Below are positions 45,826 through 55,191 of a stretch of 64,000 nt of DNA, in pieces. Below the pieces are notes generated by a model that saw only the letters and a list, made by a program, of their open reading frames with translations, did no database searches and had not been told where the DNA came from. Numbering within the stretch: position 1 is the stretch's first letter; every line of letters begins with the position of its first letter. Source of the stretch: Acidimicrobiaceae bacterium RAAP-2 (GTDB lineage Bacteria; Actinomycetota; Acidimicrobiia; Acidimicrobiales; RAAP-2); NCBI GenBank assembly GCA_001443545.1, contig LMAD01000002.1, forward strand, positions 61,251-125,250, in the 5' to 3' direction. A program made the translations under genes and the position numbers.

Positions 45826-46566
45826 GTGGAGAACGTGGACGAGATCGACGAATCGCCGCGGCCCGGTGCCGTCCTCGTCGCCGCGCTGGTCGGATTCATC
45901 GTGGGCGAGCTCTTGGCCGCCGCGTTCGTCGGCACGGCGGCGAACCTCACGCACTTTCCGGGCGGTCTCTCGGGCATCGCCGCCGCCCGCCAAGATCCCT
46001 GGTGGGCGAGCTCGCTCAGTCTGGCCGGTCTGTGGTCGGGCTTCGCCGTGGCCATCATCGCCGCCGCTCGCGTGGGTGGTCTTCGACCGTGGCCCCACCA
46101 GTGGCGCTTCACCGTGGGTGACCTCTGGTACCTCGCACTGGGCATCGTCGCCCAGTTCGTCGTCGCGATCGCGTACTGGCCCTGGCACCTGCGCCACCTC
46201 AACGCACCGGTCGACAAACTGTTCGGCGCGACGCACGGCGCCGGGTTCCTCCTACTCGTCGTCCTGACGACCTTCGGGGCCCCCGTCGTCGAAGAGTGGT
46301 TCTTTCGTGGCGTGGTGTTCCGCGCGTTGGTGGCGTTGGGACCGACGCGCTCGCCCCGTCTCGCCCTGGCGTTCGGGGTCGTCGCGAGCGCCCTCATCTT
46401 CGCGTCGGTTCACGGTGAGGCGCGACAGTTCGCCGGACTGGCGGGACTCGGCGCCGTGCTCGCGCTCGTGGCGTGGCGAACGAAGCGCTTGCTACCGAGC
46501 GTGCTCACGCACGTGGCGTTCAACGCCGTGGCCATGACCTCAGTAATCGCCCATCGGGTTCATTGA
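45826..46566 (+). CDS. CPBP (CAAX) family intramembrane glutamic endopeptidase
   Basis: APVVEEWFFRGVVFRAL (EExxxR), FASVHG, LTHVAFNAV. Confidence 0.8.
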   Translation: MENVDEIDESPRPGAVLVAALVGFIVGELLAAAFVGTAANLTHFPGGLSGIAAARQDPWWASSLSLAGLWSGFAVAIIAAARVGGLRPWPHQWRFTVGDLWYLALGIVAQFVVAIAYWPWHLRHLNAPVDKLFGATHGAGFLLLVVLTTFGAPVVEEWFFRGVVFRALVALGPTRSPRLALAFGVVASALIFASVHGEARQFAGLAGLGAVLALVAWRTKRLLPSVLTHVAFNAVAMTSVIAHRVH

Positions 46567-48992
46567 TGCGGCGGCTCTCCCCGGGTGCGTGGCTCGACCT
46601 TGTGGTCATCGCGACGGTGATTGCGGTCACGGTATGGTCGCTGCACCCCAGTCTCGTCTTCTCGACCAGCACGCTCACCGGCGGCGACACCGGTGCGCAC
46701 CTCGCCCTACCGGCGTACCTGCGAAGCATCGGGAACCCCTTCGACTTGACGCCGTGGTACCCGGGCTGGTTCGCGGGCATGCCGGCCTACACCTACTACT
46801 TCATACTCCCTGACCTGTTAGCGACCCTGGCGAGTTACGTCATCAACGCGGCCATCGCCTTCAAGATCGCCACCATTCTCGGTTCGGTGCTGATGCCGGT
46901 CGGGGCCTACCTCCTCGGACGACTCACGCGCGCGCCACGTCCGATCCCGGCGGCGCTGGCCGCCGCGACACTGCCGTTCCTCTTCGACGCATCCTTCACG
47001 ATCGACGGGGGCAATCTCTTCTCGACCATGGCGGGTGAGTACGCGTTCTCGCTGTCGTTGGCGCTCGCGCTCGTGACGATCGGCCTCTTCGCCCGTGGGA
47101 TGCGCACCGGTACGGGGTACTGGAAGGCCGCCGTCGGCCTCTCACTGACGCTCTTCGCGCACGTGCTGCCGTTCTTCTTCGTCGTCGGTTCGGTCGGTGT
47201 GATGCTCGTCTTCGAGGTCCTGGCTCGTCGTGGCTGGGGCGACCCACGCGATCCCGTCGTTCCCGGCGACGCCGCTCGCCCACTGCGCTTCGCGCTCGGG
47301 GCCGGTCTCTTGACGGCGGGACTGACCGCGTGGTGGCTGTTGCCGTTCGGGTTCAGTCAACAGCTTACGAATTCGATGGGCTACACCAACGACAACGTGT
47401 CGAATCTGCACGCCATTTTCACCACGCTCGGCTGGTACACGTCGACCGGTGGCGCCGCGGGGGACCGGTGGGTCATCGCAATGGCGGCGCTGGCCATCGT
47501 GCTGGCCTTCGTCGTGCGCGATCGTCTCGGTATGGTTCTCGCTTCGCTCACGGTGGTGACGCTCGCGGCGTTCGTCCTCGATCCCCAGGGCGTTATCTGG
47601 AACGAGCGACTCGTGCCGTTCTGGTTCATCGCGATCCACCTGAGCGCGGGCTGGTTGGTCGGCTACCCGTTGGCGCGCTGGTCCGAGCACGTTCGCCTCT
47701 ACGACGTCCACCCGGCGGCGCCGTCCGACGGCGATCCACCCGAGGGGTCCGTCGAGCAGGCGTCGCTGTATCCCGACTCCGAGGTCATCACCGGCGATCT
47801 GGCGTCGACGTCGGGAGCTGCGCCCCGCGCCGGGTACGTCCGAGTCGAGCCGCGCGATCCGGAGGTGGTTCGGGCGCACCGGTATGAACGGGCCCTGTAC
47901 GCCACGGGGCTCGTCGGTCTGCTCGGGCTGATCTCGACGGTTCCGGGCCTGGTGCCCGCCTCGGCCACGGCGCTGGGTCTCTCGACGAGCGGTAACCAGG
48001 TCTCGAGTTGGGCCCAGTGGAACTACTCGGGGTACCAGGGCAAGCCCGCGTGGCCGGAGTACCACGACCTGATGACGACGATGGCGCGCGTCGGCTCGCG
48101 ATACGGGTGCGGTCGGGCCATGTGGGAGTACGCGCCGAGCGAAAACCGCTTCGGGACCACGATGGCGCTGATGCTCTTGCCGTACTGGACGAACAACTGC
48201 ATTGACTCAATGGAGGGACTCTTCTTCGAGTCCTCCGCGACGACGCCCTATCACTTCCTCGACCAGGCCGAACTCAGCAGTCAGCCGAGCAACCCCCAGG
48301 TCGGCCTGCCCTACGGACCGCTCAACGTGGCCGAAGGCGTCTCGCACCTGCAGATGCTCGGTGTTCGCTACTACATCGCGTTCTCGCCCCTGGCCGTCGC
48401 CGAGGCCAACGGTGATCGTCAATTGCGTTTCGTGGCCCAAACCAAGGCGTGGCCCGCGCCCGGGGTGCGGTGGCGGATCTACCTCGTTCGTTCGAGCCCC
48501 CTCGTCCAGGGTCTCGCCAACACCCCGAACGTCGTGAGTGGCCTGGCGAGTCGTACGGCCTGGCTCGCGGCCAATACGGCGTGGTGGCTCGATCCGGCGC
48601 GCTGGCCGGTCCTCGCGGCGGCGAGCGGCCCGACCTCGTGGCCGAGGGTGCCGTCGATCCGCGCGCTTCGAGCGACGGGGCACGTGGCGAGTGAATCCGT
48701 GACCCACGTGGAGGTCGGCCTCCAGCGAGTCTCGTTCCACGTGAGCCGCGTGGGTGTTCCGACGCTCGTCAAGATCTCGTACTACCCACGGTGGCACGCG
48801 ACCGGAGCCACCGGCCCGTTTCGAGTGAGTCCCAACTTCATGGTGGTCGTTCCCACGGCGCACGACGTCGTGCTGACCTACGGTTCGACCCCGGCCGTGA
48901 GCGTCGGCAACCTCCTCACCGACCTCACGGTCGGACTCGGTGTCGCCGTGGCGTGGCGCGCGCGCAGGAGGCGTCGCCGAGCCCGGCGGTAG
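46566..48992 (+). CDS. Large polytopic membrane protein with a big extracytoplasmic C-terminal domain (putative GT-C-type glycosyltransferase)
   Basis: ATG 46566 (MRRLSPGAWLDLVVIATVIAV...) is followed by more than 10 hydrophobic helices and a soluble-looking region of about 350 aa. Function is inferred only from the architecture and the pmm/manC neighbourhood. Confidence 0.6.
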   Translation: MRRLSPGAWLDLVVIATVIAVTVWSLHPSLVFSTSTLTGGDTGAHLALPAYLRSIGNPFDLTPWYPGWFAGMPAYTYYFILPDLLATLASYVINAAIAFKIATILGSVLMPVGAYLLGRLTRAPRPIPAALAAATLPFLFDASFTIDGGNLFSTMAGEYAFSLSLALALVTIGLFARGMRTGTGYWKAAVGLSLTLFAHVLPFFFVVGSVGVMLVFEVLARRGWGDPRDPVVPGDAARPLRFALGAGLLTAGLTAWWLLPFGFSQQLTNSMGYTNDNVSNLHAIFTTLGWYTSTGGAAGDRWVIAMAALAIVLAFVVRDRLGMVLASLTVVTLAAFVLDPQGVIWNERLVPFWFIAIHLSAGWLVGYPLARWSEHVRLYDVHPAAPSDGDPPEGSVEQASLYPDSEVITGDLASTSGAAPRAGYVRVEPRDPEVVRAHRYERALYATGLVGLLGLISTVPGLVPASATALGLSTSGNQVSSWAQWNYSGYQGKPAWPEYHDLMTTMARVGSRYGCGRAMWEYAPSENRFGTTMALMLLPYWTNNCIDSMEGLFFESSATTPYHFLDQAELSSQPSNPQVGLPYGPLNVAEGVSHLQMLGVRYYIAFSPLAVAEANGDRQLRFVAQTKAWPAPGVRWRIYLVRSSPLVQGLANTPNVVSGLASRTAWLAANTAWWLDPARWPVLAAASGPTSWPRVPSIRALRATGHVASESVTHVEVGLQRVSFHVSRVGVPTLVKISYYPRWHATGATGPFRVSPNFMVVVPTAHDVVLTYGSTPAVSVGNLLTDLTVGLGVAVAWRARRRRRRARR

Positions 48993-48993
48993 C

Positions 48994-50346
48994 ATGACCA
49001 CGATGGACACCCGCGCGATCTTTAAGGCCTACGACGTACGGGGCACGTACCCCGACCAGATCGACGAGGTGGTCGCGCGCGCGGTCGGGGCCGCCTTCGC
49101 CCGTTTCGCCCGTTCGCCGCGGTTGGTGGTCGCCCGTGACATGCGTGAATCCGGGGTGACGTTGAGCGCGGCCTTTAGCGACGGCGCTCGCGCCGAAGGC
49201 GTCGAGGTCGTCGACCTGGGTCTCACCTCGACCGACTTGCTGTACTTCGCGTCCGGTTTCCTCGACGCACCGGGGGCGATGTTCACCGCGTCGCACAACC
49301 CGGCGCGCTACAACGGCATCAAACTGTGTCTCGCGGGCGCCCGGCCGGTCGGCGTGGAGTCGGGGCTGCTCGAGATCGCGACCGAGGCCGAAGGACTCCT
49401 CGGTGACGAGCGTGAGCCGCGGGCCGATCGAATCGAGCGCGACCTATGGCCCGATTGGATCGAGCACGTGCACTCCTTCATCGACGTGTCGGCGCTTCGT
49501 CCCCTGCGAATCGTCGCTGACGTCGCCAACGGCATGGGGGGGCTCGTGGCCCCTCGGGTCTTCGCGGGGCTACCCGTCGAGCTCGACGTCTTGTACCCCG
49601 ACCTCGACGGTAATTTCCCGAACCATCCGGCCGACCCGCTCAATCCGGCCAACCTCGTCGACCTGCAGCGACGGGTCCTCGAGACCGGGGCCGACATCGG
49701 GCTCGCGTTCGATGGCGACGCCGACCGGGTGTTCGTGGTCGATGAGCGAGCGGAACCGGTGTCGGGGTCCACGACCACGGCGATGGTGGCCGCCACCATG
49801 CTCGATCGGAACCCGGGGGCGACGGTCCTCTACAACTTGATCTGCTCGAAGACGGTACCGGAGGTGATCGCCGAGCACGGCGGCGTCGGCGTACGGACTC
49901 GGGTTGGCCACAGCTACATCAAGCAGACGATGGCCGAGACCGGTGCCATCTTCGGGGGTGAACACTCGGGCCACTACTACTACCGAGACAACTACCGCGC
50001 CGATTCGGGCATCATCACCGCGATGATCGTGCTCGAGTTGCTGAGTCGATCGACGGTGCCGCTCTCGGCGCTGCAGGCACCCTTCCAGCGCTACGCCGCG
50101 TCGGGTGAACGTAACACCGAGGTCACCGATCCGGCCGCCACGGTGCGGGCGGTGGCGGAGCGCCTCCGTCTCCACGGTGTCACGATCGACGAGTTGGATG
50201 GACTGAGCGCCGACTACGGGAGTTGGTGGTTCAACCTGCGCCCGTCCAACACCGAACCGCTCCTGCGGCTGAACGTGGAGGCTCCCGACGAAGCGAGCTG
50301 CGCGCGTCACGTCGACGAGGTCGTCGCGATGATCAAGGAGGCGTGA
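48994..50346 (+). CDS. Phosphomannomutase/phosphoglucomutase
   Basis: FKAYDVRGTYP, MFTASHNPARYNGIKL (active-site Ser), FDGDADR, GGEHSGHYY. Confidence 0.93.
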   Translation: MTTMDTRAIFKAYDVRGTYPDQIDEVVARAVGAAFARFARSPRLVVARDMRESGVTLSAAFSDGARAEGVEVVDLGLTSTDLLYFASGFLDAPGAMFTASHNPARYNGIKLCLAGARPVGVESGLLEIATEAEGLLGDEREPRADRIERDLWPDWIEHVHSFIDVSALRPLRIVADVANGMGGLVAPRVFAGLPVELDVLYPDLDGNFPNHPADPLNPANLVDLQRRVLETGADIGLAFDGDADRVFVVDERAEPVSGSTTTAMVAATMLDRNPGATVLYNLICSKTVPEVIAEHGGVGVRTRVGHSYIKQTMAETGAIFGGEHSGHYYYRDNYRADSGIITAMIVLELLSRSTVPLSALQAPFQRYAASGERNTEVTDPAATVRAVAERLRLHGVTIDELDGLSADYGSWWFNLRPSNTEPLLRLNVEAPDEASCARHVDEVVAMIKEA

Positions 50347-50576
50347 TGGCCCTGGACTCGTTCCTACTCGATCTGCTCCAAGACCCCGTCGACCACGGTC
50401 CGCTGCTGTACCTGGCCGACGTCAGCGTGCTGTACAACCCACGTCGGCGCGTCGTCTACGAGGTCCGCGGGTCGATTCCAGTCCTGTTGCCCGACGAAGC
50501 GAGAGCGGTCACCGACGAAGAGCACGACGCGTACGTCGCTGACCCCTCCGCGCGATCGACTGGACCGATCGTCTAG
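50346..50576 (+). CDS. Trm112-family small protein
   Basis: LLDLLQDPVDHGPL...YEVRGSIPVLLPDEA. The ATG shares one base with the pmm TGA. Confidence 0.7.
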   Translation: MALDSFLLDLLQDPVDHGPLLYLADVSVLYNPRRRVVYEVRGSIPVLLPDEARAVTDEEHDAYVADPSARSTGPIV

Positions 50577-51781
50577 CTCAGACGTTCGACGATCATGGCC
50601 ATGCCCTGACCGCCACCGACGCACATCGTTTCGAGGCCGTAACGCTGGTCTCGGTCCTCAAGTCCGTTGAGCAGGGTGGTCATGATGCGCGCACCGGTCA
50701 TGCCGAAGGGGTGCCCGAGGGCGATGGCCCCACCGTTGACGTTGAGTTTGTCCCAGCTGATACCTAGGTGCTTCGCGGAAGGGATCACCTGGGCCGCGAA
50801 GGCCTCATTGATCTCCACGAGGTCGATGTCGTCCATGGTCAGCCCGGCGCGCGTGAGCGCTTGGCGACACGCCTCGACGGGACCGAGGCCCATGATCTCG
50901 GGATTGAGCGCGGTCACCCCGCTCGAGACGATACGAGCGATCGGGGTGATGCCGAGCGCCTTGGCCCGGGTATCGCTCATCACGATCACCGCGGCGGCCC
51001 CGTCGTTGAGCGGGCACGCGTTGCCCGCCGTCACCGAACCGCCCTCGCGGAAGACCGGCGCGAGCGAAGCCAACTTTTCGAGCGTGGTCCCGGCGCGCGG
51101 TCCATCGTCCGTCGAGATCACGCGCCCGTCAGGGAGCGTGTAGGGGATGATCTCGCGCTCGAAGAAACCGTTGTGCTGGCTCATGACGGCGAGCTCTTGG
51201 CTGCGCAGGGCGAACTCGTCCATCTCGGCGCGCGACACGTGTTCGAACTCCGCGACGTTCTCGGCGGTCTGACCCATCGCGATGTAGACGTCGGCCAACC
51301 CGGATCCCGGGCTCCACGGATCGCCCGCGTGCGTTGAACGTGCGGTCGTGCGAGCGACGGCGTCGTCGAATCGCGGGTTCATGGCCTTGGCGATGTCCGA
51401 GGCTCCGTTGCCGAATCGCGAAACGGTCTCGACGCCGGCCGCCACGAAGACGTCACCCTCGCCGGCCTTGATGGCGTGGGCGGCCATGCGAATGGTCTGG
51501 AGCGAAGACGAGCAGTAGCGGTTCACCGTCACCCCCGGCACCGAGTCCAGACCCGCGAGGATTGCCACAACGCGAGCGATGTTGAACCCCGACTCGCCGG
51601 CGGGCTGACCGCAGCCGAGCATCAGGTCGTCGATCGTGGTCGGGTCGAGCTGGGGGACCTTGGCCAACACCTCGGTCACGACGTGCGCGGCGAGGTCGTC
51701 GGGACGCACGTCGACCAGTGAGCCCTTGAACGCTCGGCCGATCGGCGAACGACCGGTGGCGACGATGACGGCTTCGGGCAT
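50573..51781 (-). CDS. Acetyl-CoA C-acetyltransferase (thiolase II)
   Basis: VNRYCSSSLQTI (active-site Cys), NEAFAAQ, NVNGGAIALGHPFGMTGAR, CVGGGQG. Confidence 0.95.
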   Translation of the reverse strand: MPEAVIVATGRSPIGRAFKGSLVDVRPDDLAAHVVTEVLAKVPQLDPTTIDDLMLGCGQPAGESGFNIARVVAILAGLDSVPGVTVNRYCSSSLQTIRMAAHAIKAGEGDVFVAAGVETVSRFGNGASDIAKAMNPRFDDAVARTTARSTHAGDPWSPGSGLADVYIAMGQTAENVAEFEHVSRAEMDEFALRSQELAVMSQHNGFFEREIIPYTLPDGRVISTDDGPRAGTTLEKLASLAPVFREGGSVTAGNACPLNDGAAAVIVMSDTRAKALGITPIARIVSSGVTALNPEIMGLGPVEACRQALTRAGLTMDDIDLVEINEAFAAQVIPSAKHLGISWDKLNVNGGAIALGHPFGMTGARIMTTLLNGLEDRDQRYGLETMCVGGGQGMAMIVERLS

Positions 51782-51857
51782 GGAATCCTCCTCGAGGAGT
51801 CGGGTTGACCTAGGTGAGCATAGTGAACGCCCAGGCCCCGCCCGTCTGAGGATGCGA

Positions 51858-52367
51858 TCAGGCCAGGTCGAGCGGTCCCGCGTCGTCGAACCCCTGGCGG
51901 ACCCCTTGGCCGGCCCGACGGGCGAGTTGTTCGGGCTCGAACAGCATCCAGTAGGCGTTGCGGGCGTGTTTGCGGGACCGGTTCTCGAACACCGTGGCCA
52001 ACACCGCCGGGTCGTCGGCTTCGTCTTCGTGCACGAAGACCTCGAGAATCGGGGTCGAGGTCAGAAGTTGGGCCTGCATGATGCCAAGTGCCGCTTCGTG
52101 GGCGCACTGCTTGTCGATGGGTGCTTTGCCGGGCATGCCGAGGGCGACCACGATGGCACAATCGTCTCGCTCGATGAGGTTCTTCGCCGCGACGGCGAGA
52201 TCCTTGAACCCGGGGACGGTTCTCGACACGACCTCAAAACGCGAACCGAATCCCGGGCATTCGGACAGTTCGGCGCGCGCGGCACCGCCCATGTCGTAGC
52301 GGGCGAACATCGTGTCCACCACCCCGATGTGCACCGGCCGGTGCCCCTTTGATTTCTTCGTTCCCAT
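51858..52367 (-). CDS. Archaeal-type riboflavin synthase (lumazine-synthase-fold RibC family)
   Basis: IGVVDTMFARYDMG, RTVPGFKDLAVAAK, VVALGMPGKAPIDKQCAHEAALGIM, EVFVHEDEA, GQGVRQGFDDAGP. These align closely with my recollection of the Methanocaldococcus jannaschii enzyme. GGGAGG SD lies before ATG 52367. Confidence 0.75.
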   Translation of the reverse strand: MGTKKSKGHRPVHIGVVDTMFARYDMGGAARAELSECPGFGSRFEVVSRTVPGFKDLAVAAKNLIERDDCAIVVALGMPGKAPIDKQCAHEAALGIMQAQLLTSTPILEVFVHEDEADDPAVLATVFENRSRKHARNAYWMLFEPEQLARRAGQGVRQGFDDAGPLDLA

Positions 52368-52402
52368 CGCAACCTCCCGTGCCAGTGTAGGGAGCCTCGC
52401 GC

Positions 52403-53356
52403 TCAACGCGGAGCGAGACCGACGACTGCGTCTTCGAGTTCGACTCCGACGGGCACGATGGCGATCGTTGGCATCGACACGCCGGCGGCGACGTACCGTT
52501 CGACGTGCTCTCGGCAGGCGTCGAAAGAACCGTGGATGATCAGCGCGTCGACGACGTCGTCGGGGATGAGCTCGTTGGCGAGCTTTCGGTCACCGGCCGC
52601 CCAGGCCTCCCACATGGGCGCCAACGCCTCGTCGCGCCCCAACCACCGGTGGAACTCCGCGTAGGCCTTCACCGTGAGGTAGGACGAGATCATGCGCCGC
52701 CCGACGTAGCGCGCGAGGTCGGCGTCGGCGGTGGGCACCACGAAGAGGCGCGCGGCGATGTCCTTGTCGAGGCCCACCTCGGCTCGACAGGTGGCGACGT
52801 CCTCGACCGCCAGCCAGTTGAGGATGGCGCCGTCAGCTTCGGCGCCGGCCAGATGCAGCATGGCCGGGCGTAGCGCGCCCAACAAGATGCGCGGCCGCTG
52901 GGTCACAGGGCGCGAAAGCTTGAAGCCGTGGACCGCGAAGGTGGGGAATGCCTCATCGATCTTTTCACCGTCGAGTGCCCGATTGACGAAGCGCAGGACG
53001 TCACGGGTTCGAGCGAAGGGCCGATCGTAGGTGATGCCGTTCCAGCGCTCGACGACCGGTTGGCTTGAGGCACCGAGGCCGACGGTGAGCCGCGGGCCGG
53101 CCACCTCGGCTAGGGCGGCGATCGTCATCGCGAGCAGTCCGGGTCCGCGGGTGAACACCGGTGCCACCGCGAGCCCGAGGTTGAGCCGTGGCTCCCACGC
53201 CGCGGCGAGGGTGAGCGGCGTGAACCCGTCGGCCCCGTCTACCTCCGCGGACCAGACGTCGGTGTAGCCGAGGTCGACCAATCGGGAGTACCACGATCGG
53301 TGGTCGGCCAGGGAGATGCCGTCGAAGGGAATGGTGATGCCGTAGCGCGAGGTCAT
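52403..53356 (-). CDS. LLM-class (luciferase-like) F420-dependent oxidoreductase
   Basis: YGITIPFDGISLADH...GYTDVWSAEVDGADGFT, VGLGASSQPVVERWNG: typical of the LLM F420 subgroup. Confidence 0.8.
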   Translation of the reverse strand: MTSRYGITIPFDGISLADHRSWYSRLVDLGYTDVWSAEVDGADGFTPLTLAAAWEPRLNLGLAVAPVFTRGPGLLAMTIAALAEVAGPRLTVGLGASSQPVVERWNGITYDRPFARTRDVLRFVNRALDGEKIDEAFPTFAVHGFKLSRPVTQRPRILLGALRPAMLHLAGAEADGAILNWLAVEDVATCRAEVGLDKDIAARLFVVPTADADLARYVGRRMISSYLTVKAYAEFHRWLGRDEALAPMWEAWAAGDRKLANELIPDDVVDALIIHGSFDACREHVERYVAAGVSMPTIAIVPVGVELEDAVVGLAPR

Positions 53357-53377
53357 GACCCAGTGTGCCAGAACGGA

Positions 53378-54163
53378 CTAGTGGAGATAGTCATCACCTC
53401 GAGGGGGCGGTACGTGGATGCCGCGACGCTCGAGATCGTGCACCCATCGGTCAATCACCGTCTCGAGTACCGCGACGCGGGCGTAGTGCTTGTCCTCGGC
53501 CGCGATGACGTCCCAGCGGGCGTGGGCGTGGTCGGTCCAGGCGAGCGTGTCGTTGAGCGCGTCGACGTACCCCGCGCGCATGCCGCGATTTCGCCAGTCG
53601 TCGGCAGTGAGTTTCCAGTGTTTGAGGGGGTCCTTCGATCGGTCGTTGAATCGCCGCAACTGCTCGTGATCCGAGATATGGAGCCAGATCTTGACGATGG
53701 TGACGCCGTCGTTCACGAGCGAGCGCTCGAACTCGACAATCTCGTCGGCCGAGCGCTTGACCGTATCGTGGTCGATCCGCTCCTCGACGCGTTCGACCAA
53801 GAGCCTGCCGTACCACGACCGGTCGAAGACCGTCATCTCGCCGCGGCCCGGGACGTGCGGCCAGAAGCGCCATAGGAAGTGGTGTCGTTGCTCCTCGTCC
53901 GAGGGCGCGCTGATCGGGATCACGCGAACGTGGCGAGGGTCGAGGGCACCGGTGAGTCGCCGGATCGCCCCACCTTTGCCAGCGGCGTCGAATCCCTCGA
54001 AGAGCACGATCAACCCCGGTCCGACCTCGTGGGGTTCGAGCAGTCCGGCGGTCAACAGTCGTAGATGCACCAGTCGTCGCTGGGCCGCCTGAATCCGCGT
54101 CTCGGACTCTTCACGGGACAATCTGGCCGAGAGGTCGATATCGTCTACGGACTTGCCCATCAC
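53378..54163 (-). CDS. Polyphosphate kinase 2 (PPK2) family
   Basis: LIVLFEGFDAAGKGGAIRRL (Walker A), RFWPHVPGRGEMTVFDRSWY, KIWLHIS..EQ..R. Confidence 0.9.
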   Translation of the reverse strand: MMGKSVDDIDLSARLSREESETRIQAAQRRLVHLRLLTAGLLEPHEVGPGLIVLFEGFDAAGKGGAIRRLTGALDPRHVRVIPISAPSDEEQRHHFLWRFWPHVPGRGEMTVFDRSWYGRLLVERVEERIDHDTVKRSADEIVEFERSLVNDGVTIVKIWLHISDHEQLRRFNDRSKDPLKHWKLTADDWRNRGMRAGYVDALNDTLAWTDHAHARWDVIAAEDKHYARVAVLETVIDRWVHDLERRGIHVPPPRGDDYLH

Positions 54164-54252
54164 CCTCCACGGAGTCGGTGTCTCACCGCAGGGTATCGCA
54201 CGCGGCTCAATCGGTCATGGCGTCCTCCGTAGGATTGGTGCGAGGGGGAGTG

Positions 54253-55191
54253 ATGCGCGCGAGGATTGGGTGGGCGGTGCTGGGTGCCGCGATCGCGATG
54301 GCCATGCCGGTCGGCGCGACGACCTCGACCGAACTCCCCCAACCACGGCCCGTCTGTCTGCGCGGGCCAGTTCCGGCGCCGGCGGGCCACGGCGCGCGCT
54401 GCTCAACGTGGCGACGTCTCGATCCATGGTCGCGCGTCCCCACGGTCTACGCCACGACGTTCCGACCCAACCCCGCGGCGCCGGCGGTCGCCTACGCCTC
54501 CTGGCTGCGCAGCTCCTCGTCGATTCTGGCGCTCTACCCCGGGTACCTTGGTCCCGGTGCGACGCCGCTGTCGCGCGGTCCCGAGATGGTGCCGACGTCG
54601 GCGCGCGGGCGGCTACTGGCGACCTTCAATTCGGGTTTCTACGAGGCCGACGGCGCCGCGGGGTTCTACGTGAATCACACGCTGTACTTCCCGATGGTCC
54701 GGGGCCTGGCGACGGTCGTGCGGTTCACGAATGGGGTGGTGAACGTGGTCAATTGGGCTGGCGGACCCCGTCCGGGGACGAACGTCGTCATGGCCCGTCA
54801 GAACCTGGCGCTGCTGGTGGCCGGTGGGCGACCGACGGCGCTCGCCGCCAACAATGCCGCATGGGGACTCTCGTTGCACGGCGTCGCGGCGGTCTGGCGC
54901 ACGGCGCTCGGCGTCGACGCCTCGGGGAACTTGGTCTACGCCGCCGCCCCGGATCAAACCTCATCGAGTCTCGCCCAGGTGATGGTGGATCTGCACTGCG
55001 TGCGGGCCATGGAGCTCGACATCAATCCCGAATGGCCGATCTTCGTCGCCTACGGCCGACCGGGTGGGGTCCAGGCGTCATTGATGGTGCCCAATCCGAA
55101 CCAGATTCCGGATCGCTTCTTGTACCCCAGCACCAAGGACTTCTTCGCGGTCTTCCAATCGACGACCCCCGGTGAAGTCCAGCCGTGGTAG
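54253..55191 (+). CDS. Exported phosphodiester glycosidase family protein (DUF2233-like)
   Basis: Signal peptide MRARIGWAVLGAAIAMAMPVGA. Motifs include FNSGFY, AMELDINPEW. The start was chosen at ATG 54253. Confidence 0.65.
   Translation: MRARIGWAVLGAAIAMAMPVGATTSTELPQPRPVCLRGPVPAPAGHGARCSTWRRLDPWSRVPTVYATTFRPNPAAPAVAYASWLRSSSSILALYPGYLGPGATPLSRGPEMVPTSARGRLLATFNSGFYEADGAAGFYVNHTLYFPMVRGLATVVRFTNGVVNVVNWAGGPRPGTNVVMARQNLALLVAGGRPTALAANNAAWGLSLHGVAAVWRTALGVDASGNLVYAAAPDQTSSSLAQVMVDLHCVRAMELDINPEWPIFVAYGRPGGVQASLMVPNPNQIPDRFLYPSTKDFFAVFQSTTPGEVQPW

Noticed and set aside
51788-51799. Perfect 12-bp palindrome CTCCTCGAGGAG just upstream of the thiolase start
   Set aside because: On the coding (minus) strand it simply contains the GAGGAGGA Shine-Dalgarno sequence. 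There is no independent evidence for an operator.
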